A stretch of DNA of 64,000 nucleotides, taken from assembly GCA_963707485.1 (NCBI GenBank), contig CAVPQS010000077.1, forward strand, positions 646 through 64,645, written 5' to 3'. Position 1 is the stretch's first letter, and each line of letters opens with the position of its first letter. Both the position numbers and the translations under genes were made by a program. The notes under the pieces are model-generated. The model worked only from the letters and a program-made list of their open reading frames with translations. It searched no databases and was not told where the DNA came from. This DNA is from an uncultured bacterium (GTDB lineage: Bacteria > Zixibacteria > MSB-5A5 > CAIYYT01). This document shows positions 57,922-64,000 of the stretch, piece after piece.

Positions 57922-59382
57922 TTAGTCCTTTAACATGTTCTCAAGCATGTCGACGTAAATGAACTTGTTATCCGGTGATTCCTTGGCAATGAGATTGTGT
58001 TTGTGCAATCCTTCAAGGATCAACTCCATCGCCAGGATCACGCCGCGTTCATCTTCTGTATGATAATGCGCTTTGGCGATTTCTTTAAGACCCGCTATTT
58101 GCAGCAAAGCGGCCTTATAGCTTTTGTAAGACATTTCGTCGGATATTTCGAGCCGTTTACCGGTTGAAAAGTAGTCGGTAACTGCCTCGTAGACATTTTC
58201 GCGCGGTCTCTGGTCGGCGCCGGTTTTGATCTTGCGCGGTTGCGGGAAGTGCTCATTGAAGACCTTCTTCGTGGCTTCGCCTATCAGGTTGAACGCGATG
58301 ATATTCGGTCCCTCAAGCTCGCCTTCGTAAACAAGTTCGACCTTGCCGACGATTGAAGCGACCACGGAGAAGAGGTCGCAAATACGCGGATAGTAGTCCT
58401 TCTCGTTATTGAGCGCAGCACGCCGCTCGACGTTCGAGATCAAGTTCTCGTAGGCGGAAATTGTCAATCGTGCCGACACTCCGGAAGTTTGATCGACGTG
58501 TTCACTTTTGCGGGCCTCGAATGCAATCTGCTCGATGATATCATGAATAATTTCCGGCACTTCGACTTTGCCTGACCGATTGCGCCATGCCTCCTGCAAT
58601 GTAATTTTCTTGGCAGTCTCGGCGTCGTTCGGGTAGTGCGTGTTAATCTGCGAGGCAATGCGGTCCTTCAACGGTGTAATAATATTGCCGCGGTTGGTGT
58701 AGTCCTCGGGATTAGCAGTAAATGCCAGCATCATATCGAGAGGCATGCGAATCGGAAATCCACGAATCTGGAAATCGTTTTCTTCGAGAATATTCAGCAA
58801 TGCGACCTGAATGCGCGGCTGCAAGTCGGGTAGTTCATTAATTGCAAAGATACCGCGATTGGTACGGGGAATAATGCCCCAGTTGATCACGTTTTCATCC
58901 GAAAGATCGAGCCGTTCTTTGACGGCCTTGATCGGGTCCAGATCACCGATCAGATCGGCAACAGAGACATCCGGTGTGGCTAACTTTTCGTGATAGCGCG
59001 ATTCGCGCGCCAACCAGGCGATTTCGAGATTATCGCCGACTTTCGAGATCATTTCCTTCGAGGCCTTTGTGATCGGCATCAAAGGATCTTCGTTTAGGGG
59101 GCTGCCTTTGATGACTGGAACAAACTCATCGAGGAAGTTTACCAACTGTCTGAGAATTCGTGTCTTGGCTTGTCCGCGCAGACCGAGGAGGAGAATGTCA
59201 TGTTTGGACAAGATTGCGTTTTCCAGTTGCGGCAGGACGGTACGGTCGTAGCCGATAATTCCGGGCCAGCGCTGCTGTCCAGAGCGCATTTGGTCAAGTA
59301 GATTTTCGCGCAGTTCGTCCTTGAGGCTGCGCGATTTGTAACCGGAGGCTTTGAGCGCTCCCAATGTCACTGGTAATTGCAT
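57922..59382 (-). CDS. MoxR/ChlI-clade AAA+ ATPase-like protein with atypical Walker motifs
   Basis: Colinear with Mg-chelatase ChlI and MoxR: ILLLGLRGQAKTRIL (Walker A-like with A-K-T), GIFAINELPDLQPRIQVALLNILEE (Walker B position NE instead of DE, sensor-1 region conserved). 486 aa, with a roughly 200-aa C-terminal extension. Confidence 0.65.
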   Translation of the reverse strand: MQLPVTLGALKASGYKSRSLKDELRENLLDQMRSGQQRWPGIIGYDRTVLPQLENAILSKHDILLLGLRGQAKTRILRQLVNFLDEFVPVIKGSPLNEDPLMPITKASKEMISKVGDNLEIAWLARESRYHEKLATPDVSVADLIGDLDPIKAVKERLDLSDENVINWGIIPRTNRGIFAINELPDLQPRIQVALLNILEENDFQIRGFPIRMPLDMMLAFTANPEDYTNRGNIITPLKDRIASQINTHYPNDAETAKKITLQEAWRNRSGKVEVPEIIHDIIEQIAFEARKSEHVDQTSGVSARLTISAYENLISNVERRAALNNEKDYYPRICDLFSVVASIVGKVELVYEGELEGPNIIAFNLIGEATKKVFNEHFPQPRKIKTGADQRPRENVYEAVTDYFSTGKRLEISDEMSYKSYKAALLQIAGLKEIAKAHYHTEDERGVILAMELILEGLHKHNLIAKESPDNKFIYVDMLENMLKD

Positions 59383-59622
59383 AATGCCTTTCTCAATAGG
59401 TCAATCTCATTACGAATTATACGCAGGGCAGTGCGAGAAAATGGGAAGTATGGATTTATAAAGTCGATTTAATTTCTTATTGCGACTTCAACGGTCGACT
59501 ATTGGTTGTATTAATGAAAGGAACAACTTGGCGTGATCGTGCGGAAGCATTATCTTGACGTGCGAAAGTTTGTTACCGCCCACATGTAAGGAATATGTCG
59601 CTGCGGTCGATAAAGACAGGGA

Positions 59623-62199
59623 ATGCAGATGGTTAAAGCCTTAAGGTACATTCAGGTAGAGCCGGTGCTTCCGCCCGGACTCAGACCTCTCCGCGAAATC
59701 GCCTATAATCTCAGTTGGTGTTGGAATCAACAGGCAATTCAGTTGTTGCGTCGCATAGATACGAAACTGTGGGAGGACTCTGGACACAACCCGGTCCGCC
59801 TGCTTTCAATGATTCCCCAGCAGAAACTTGACAAGCTTGATAAGGACTCTTCGTTCCGATCTCACCTGGATGCTGTCTACCGCGACCTTCAGGTATATAT
59901 GGACAATGATACTTGGTTCGGCGAGCAACACTTCAAGACCGACAAGCGCGAGATCGCCTATTTTTCAGCCGAGTTTGGATTTACCGAATCGTTGCCGATT
60001 TATTCCGGCGGCCTCGGAGTCCTTGCTGGTGATCATCTTAAGTCGGCCAGCGATCTCGGAGTTCCTTTGGTTGGTGTCGGTTTGCTTTATCAGCGCGGGT
60101 ATTTTCAGCAATACTTAAACGCAGATGGATGGCAGGGTGAATACTACCCCGAACTCGACTTTTCAATGTTGCCGCTCACGGAGGCCGTTGATTCAAAGGG
60201 CGAGGCCCTGATGGTTTCGATCGACTTGGCCGGCCGACGAGTCTTGATAAAAGTATGGAAGCTTCAGGTGGGTCGCGTGCCGCTTTATCTGCTCGACACC
60301 AATCTGCCGCAAAATTCTGTCGAAGACCGCGATATTACGAGCGAGCTGTACGGCGGCGATATCGATATGCGGATTCGCCAGGAATTGGTGCTTGGCATTG
60401 GCGGTGTGCGCGCGTTGGAAGAGGCCGGGCATTCACCTTCGGTATATCACATGAACGAGGGCCACAGCGCGTTTTTGGCGGTTGACCGAGTACGGCGCCG
60501 TATGCAAAATGACGGATTGTCATTTGGCGAAGCGTCACTTTTAGTCAAGCAGACCACGGTTTTTACGACGCATACTCCGGTTCCGGCAGGTATCGATAGA
60601 TTTCCACGCGAATTGGTAGAAAAGTATCTGCGCGCTCATTACACAGTCTTGGGGATTAGCTTCAATGACTTCTTTGCGCTGGGGAGTCAAAACGGCGCTT
60701 TTGGCGCATCGGAATTCAATATGGCGTATCTGGCGATGAACTTCTCATCTTACATCAATGGCGTTAGTAAGCTCCACGCCGAAGTTTCGCGCAAGATGTG
60801 GCAAGGTTCCTGGGTCGACGTGCCGCTTAACGAAGTTCCGATCGACTCGGTGACAAACGGCATTCACACCCGTTCGTGGATTTCGCAGGAGATATCTGAG
60901 CTTTACAGCCGCTATCTGGGACTCGATTGGATGGAACAACCGGCAAATCACAATTGCTGGGCGAATGTTGACGACATCCTGGATGGTGAATTGTGGCGAA
61001 CGCACGAACTACGGCGCGAGAAAATGATCTCGCTGATCCGTCAACGCCTTAAGGAACAATTCCAGCGCCGTGGCGCGACGCCGCGGGAGCTGAGACTTGT
61101 GAGCGAGGTTCTGCACTCGGAATACCTGACAATCGGCTTTGCCCGACGGTTCGCTTCTTATAAACGCGGTGCGCTGTTATTCCGGGACACCGAGCGTCTC
61201 AAACGCATCGTGAACAACTCGCAATTTCCGGTGCAAATCGTCTTTGCCGGCAAGGCGCATCCGCGCGACAACATCGGCAAGGAATTGATCAAGTCGATCA
61301 TCCATAGCATCCGCGATCCGCAGTTGCGCGACCGCATCGTATTTCTGGAAAACTACGACCTTTCAATGGCGCGTTATTTGGTGCAGGGCGTAGATGTGTG
61401 GCTAAATACGCCACGCCGCCCGATGGAAGCCTCTGGAACCAGCGGCATGAAAGTCATATTTAACGGCGGTCTTAATCTGAGCGTGCTCGACGGCTGGTGG
61501 TGCGAGGGCTATCGCCCTGACGTCGGCTGGGCGATCGGCTCCGGCGAGGAATATGACAACCACGACTATCAGGACGAAGTTGAAGCGAATGCTATTTATG
61601 ACCTGTTAGAGAAGGAAATTGCTCCGACGTTTTATGATCGCGGTCGAGATGGAATTCCGCGCGAGTGGGTCGCCAAGATGAAGCGTTCGATCAAACTTTT
61701 GAGCCCGGTATTCAATTCAAACCGAATGGTGCAGGAATATACTGATCGCTTTTACACGAATGCCTACCGCCAGTACAAGATTCTCTTGAATAACAACTAT
61801 GAGGAATTGCGTTCTTTGGCGGGCTGGTACAGACACCTTCGCGATAAGTGGGCCGATATTCGCATTCTCGAGATAGAGTCGGTCACTCCACCCAAGCTTG
61901 ATGTTACTCAGGAGATACAAGTAAACGCGAAAGTATTCGTTGGTGAATTCAAAGCGGAGGATCTTTTGGTCGAGTTGTACCTGGGCAGAATTTCACAGCG
62001 CGGCGAAATCGCCGACGCCAGAAGCGTCGAAATGAATTCAATTGGCAATCCCCAGGCAGGCATCTATACCTATTCTTGCAAAGCGCCCCTGACCGCCAGC
62101 GGCCGTTTCGGATACTCAGTCCGCGTGTTGCCCGGTCATCGCAGCTCGGTGCACCCGCATGAATTTGGATTGATTACCTGGGCAAACGGCGATCTTTGA
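59623..62199 (+). CDS. glgP: Alpha-glucan phosphorylase (GT35, GlgP-like with DUF3417 N-terminal region)
   Basis: 858 aa. AYFSAEFG, GGLGVLAGD, the PLP-Lys region TSGMKVIFNGG-like EASGTSGMK, and EGYRPDVGWAIG. Confidence 0.88.
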   Translation: MQMVKALRYIQVEPVLPPGLRPLREIAYNLSWCWNQQAIQLLRRIDTKLWEDSGHNPVRLLSMIPQQKLDKLDKDSSFRSHLDAVYRDLQVYMDNDTWFGEQHFKTDKREIAYFSAEFGFTESLPIYSGGLGVLAGDHLKSASDLGVPLVGVGLLYQRGYFQQYLNADGWQGEYYPELDFSMLPLTEAVDSKGEALMVSIDLAGRRVLIKVWKLQVGRVPLYLLDTNLPQNSVEDRDITSELYGGDIDMRIRQELVLGIGGVRALEEAGHSPSVYHMNEGHSAFLAVDRVRRRMQNDGLSFGEASLLVKQTTVFTTHTPVPAGIDRFPRELVEKYLRAHYTVLGISFNDFFALGSQNGAFGASEFNMAYLAMNFSSYINGVSKLHAEVSRKMWQGSWVDVPLNEVPIDSVTNGIHTRSWISQEISELYSRYLGLDWMEQPANHNCWANVDDILDGELWRTHELRREKMISLIRQRLKEQFQRRGATPRELRLVSEVLHSEYLTIGFARRFASYKRGALLFRDTERLKRIVNNSQFPVQIVFAGKAHPRDNIGKELIKSIIHSIRDPQLRDRIVFLENYDLSMARYLVQGVDVWLNTPRRPMEASGTSGMKVIFNGGLNLSVLDGWWCEGYRPDVGWAIGSGEEYDNHDYQDEVEANAIYDLLEKEIAPTFYDRGRDGIPREWVAKMKRSIKLLSPVFNSNRMVQEYTDRFYTNAYRQYKILLNNNYEELRSLAGWYRHLRDKWADIRILEIESVTPPKLDVTQEIQVNAKVFVGEFKAEDLLVELYLGRISQRGEIADARSVEMNSIGNPQAGIYTYSCKAPLTASGRFGYSVRVLPGHRSSVHPHEFGLITWANGDL

Positions 62200-62220
62200 T
62201 TCGCGAATTCGAATGGCAAG

Positions 62221-62260
62221 AAAAAAGGTCGGAACCTTGCGGTTTCGACCTTTTCTATTT
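62221..62260. terminator. Hairpin with flanking A and T tracts, between convergent glgP and the dockerin gene and possibly serving both strands
   Basis: A6-GGTCGGAACC-ttgc-GGTTTCGACC-TTTTCTATTT. Confidence 0.55.
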
Positions 62261-62275
62261 GGCCGCAAATCAAAA

Positions 62276-62665
62276 TTAGGGACAGTGTGGCGCTGGTCCG
62301 CCGGCAAATATGTAGTTGATCAATTACACAGCATCCGAAATAGTTTTGATTGCATTTCCGTCGGCGTCGCCGCAAAAACAGCGGCAACTGAAATTCTGTT
62401 GAAATCCATGATTGATTTTATAGTTGGCTGATGATTCCGGACCGGCTGCCGTCTGGCCAACAGTGCTCGAAAGTTTGTAACTCGGTGAACTGCCGTTGGT
62501 CGAACCTCCGCCGGCTACGACCTGCCATTTAAGTGTTTCGCCCGCCATGGAGGCACCGTCATCGGCGACCAACACTTCCGCAAGCAACAAACTGACCAGG
62601 CAAACAGCGGACGCAGAGAACTTGTTAACAGACTTGAACATAAGGCAACCTCTCTCAAAGAGCAA
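62276..62665 (-). pseudogene. Small secreted protein with a C-terminal dockerin-like repeat interrupted by an in-frame TAA
   Basis: Signal peptide MFKSVNKFSASAVCLVSLLLAEVLVA. It ends ...CGDADGNAIKTISDAV-TAA-LINYIFAGGPAPHCP-TAA. The paralogous repeat in the 17184..18692 gene has Tyr (DAVYLINYIFAGGPAP) where this copy has the stop (+ strand tta at 62324-62326). Confidence 0.6.
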
Positions 62666-62878
62666 AGTTCTTCTGGTTCCAGCGCCGGTCCGCCCGGCAA
62701 TGTGTCAGATTGAGAGATCGGTAAGATGGGCAATATCAAGTTGATATGTCCGTTATGCTATCAAAAACGATTCTGTCAAGCGGGATTGTAAATCTGGTTG
62801 GGAGACACTTTACTGGCCGAATGCCGTTGTTTTTTGCCTTAGCACCCCGGCTATAAACGTACTGGGCTATATGACTAC

Positions 62879-63118
62879 TTACGGCAGTTCTTTGTGAGTG
62901 CCATCGCAAAAGGGCGGCGTCTTCGTCCGCTTGCACTGACAGTACGACCGAAGCTTCTTCTCGACAATCGTGAATTGAAGGGGCTGGATGTCGGTAACGG
63001 CGTGGGAATTATCGCAAAATGGTTGATCGGCAGAGCGTCCGCAACGGCACCAAAAATAGGTGCCAGTTTCGAGCTCGAGTTTAATTGATTTTTTGTCGGC
63101 GATAATTGGATCGGTCAA
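62879..63118 (-). CDS. CDGSH iron-sulfur domain protein (two CDGSH motifs)
   Basis: CRCGRSADQPFCDNSH and CQCKRTKTPPFCDGTH. Confidence 0.85.
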   Translation of the reverse strand: MTDPIIADKKSIKLELETGTYFWCRCGRSADQPFCDNSHAVTDIQPLQFTIVEKKLRSYCQCKRTKTPPFCDGTHKELP

Positions 63119-63315
63119 TTCATTTCCCTCTAATCTTAAGTAACTCGGTTAGTCAATTTAGCAACGCGTAAAAATACGGACTAACTGTCGGAATGCGCAA
63201 TGAAATTCCGCGGCGGCGAAGTTGTTGGAAGAAGCGCAGGCGGAAGTCAAGTCGCACTGGAATTTCTACAAGCAGTTAGCGCTGATTGATTATACGGCGG
63301 ACAAGCGATAGCAAT

Positions 63316-63347
63316 TCGCAGTTGAGATTATTTCAAAAGGCGTCCGG
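63316..63347. terminator. Imperfect hairpin with flanking A and T tracts
   Basis: AAAAGGCGtCCGgcgcaagtCGGgCGCCTTTTT. Confidence 0.4.
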
Positions 63348-63404
63348 CGCAAGTCGGGCGCCTTTTTGTTGAGACTGATACCACCTCAGGGACTGTTGAA
63401 ACAG

Positions 63405-63880
63405 TCAATTCTTGTCATTCTGAGCGAAGCGAAGAATCTGTAAGTTGTTCATTGGCAACCGAAGCAGATCCTTCACTTCGTTCAGGATGACATGGGCGAG
63501 GACTTCTTCAACAGTCCCCTCAAAAGGGGTAGTTGAAAAACCATGCTTCCAAGGAATCGAACTCGGAATCAAAAATGAGCCTTGCTGGGTTCCCGCCTTC
63601 GCGGGAACGACTTGACCCGGAGTCTGCAATACATGGTCCTGTGACTGAGCAAACATCACGCGCTTTTCAACAATCGCCTTCGCGGGAACGAGTTGACCCG
63701 GAGTCTGCAATACATGGTCCTGTGACTGAGCAAACTTGACGCACTTTTCAACAATCGCCTTCGCGGGAACGACTTGACCCGGAGTCTGCAATACATGGTT
63801 CAGTGACGGAGCAAACTTGACGCGCTTTTCAACAATCGCCTTCGCGGGAACGAGTTGACGAGACGAAGACACATGATTGG
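63405..63880. repeat. Repeat element: imperfect 22-bp palindrome (63412-63433 / 63472-63493) followed by about 3.6 tandem copies of an 81-bp unit (63590-63880)
   Basis: tgtcattctgagcgaagcgaag versus cttcacttcgttcaggatgaca (19 of 22 complementary). Units beginning ccttcgcgggaacga(c/g)ttgacccggagtctgcaatacatggt... recur at 63590, 63664, 63745 and 63826. The 155-aa minus-strand ORF over it encodes 27-aa VPAKAIVEKRVKFAQSQDHVLQTPGQV repeats and may be spurious. Confidence 0.6.
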
Positions 63881-63924
63881 AAAGTCGTATTCATGGTCGA
63901 CTCGGCTTGTTGAAAGTCCCCAAC

Positions 63925-63955
63925 AAAAAAGGGGCATCCGTTGTCGGGATGCCCC
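63925..63955 (-). terminator. Rho-independent terminator for a minus-strand gene lying beyond the right window edge
   Basis: GGGGCATCC-gttgtcg-GGATGCCCC preceded on the + strand by A6, which becomes a T-run on the minus strand. Confidence 0.55.
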
Positions 63956-64000
63956 TTGCGGGGTTGCTGTGTAAGTCCCGAGTGGTTACGGGAGAGTAGT

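Noticed and set aside
63217-63306. 29-aa ORF MKFRGGEVVGRSAGGSQVALEFLQAVSAD between the CDGSH gene and the repeat element
   Set aside because: It is too short and has no ribosome-binding context or homolog I can recognise. It could be a small peptide, but there is no support.

Overview
This 64 kb window looks like chromosomal DNA from an uncultivated Gram-negative bacterium (about 52% GC), dense with housekeeping and cell-envelope genes and with very little obviously mobile DNA. The lineage is an inference and may be FCB-like: supporting it are two PdxS/PdxT genes, two DUF5916 paralogs, two dockerin-bearing proteins and a histone-H1-like protein. Contents in order are listed below.

- **1–1.4 kb:** a truncated IS5-family transposase at the window edge and an adjacent FG-GAP-like gene it may have disrupted.
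- **1.5–3.6 kb:** a zinc-ribbon gene, a YbbR-like gene and tsaD.
- **3.6–7.2 kb:** a cluster of uncharacterised genes: a Cys-rich protein, several small zinc-ribbon and membrane proteins, and a 378-aa Trp/Arg-rich protein.
- **7.3–8.5 kb:** a Lys-rich histone-H1-like gene with 15-bp repeats, an 800 bp stretch with no convincing coding, and tRNA-Arg(ACG).
- **8.9–10.8 kb:** a QueD/PTPS-family gene flanked by two SDR oxidoreductases, which may be a pterin branch.
- **11.0–14.0 kb:** the reverse transsulfuration pair (cystathionine beta-synthase and gamma-lyase) plus a DUF302 gene.
- **14.0–18.7 kb:** a small polysaccharide module: a GT4 glycosyltransferase, a Wzx-like flippase and a frameshifted hexapeptide acetyltransferase. 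It is followed by a PQQ-type sugar dehydrogenase carrying two C-terminal dockerin repeats.
- **18.9–21.8 kb:** a LolA-like protein, an outer-membrane beta-barrel, a lipoprotein and MarC.
- **21.9–25.5 kb:** an unusual fusion of a cNMP-binding domain to aspartate ammonia-lyase, then an extended GlpX-family fructose-bisphosphatase.
- **25.6–28.5 kb:** a metallophosphoesterase, an EamA transporter and CorA.
- **28.8–40.7 kb:**
  - a truncated DUF5916 paralog, with a full-length copy further along;
  - a five-gene ABC-2 exporter operon whose first permease is frameshifted in an A5 homopolymer;
  - an OmpR-type two-component system.
- **40.8–44.0 kb:** a nucleotide-sugar block with a UDP-sugar dehydrogenase, an Rmd-like reductase and Gmd (GDP-D-rhamnose route).
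- **44.1–48.7 kb:** VanZ, hisS, two hypothetical genes and pdxT/pdxS.
- **48.8–52.4 kb:** an operon of a blue-copper cupredoxin fused to a CarbopepD-regulatory domain, a sensor histidine kinase and a porin-like protein.
- **52.7–56.8 kb:** asnB, then a NifS-like cysteine desulfurase fused to Cys-type SelD.
- **56.8–59.4 kb:** a MoxR/ChlI-like AAA+ ATPase with atypical Walker motifs, paired with a VWA protein.
- **59.6–62.2 kb:** a GT35 alpha-glucan phosphorylase.
- **62.3–64.0 kb:**
  - a small secreted dockerin protein with an in-frame TAA where the paralog has Tyr;
  - a CDGSH iron-sulfur protein;
  - an 81-bp tandem-repeat and palindrome element.

Four genes are disrupted by frameshifts, a stop or truncation. 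That points to either genuine gene decay or consensus errors in the assembly.
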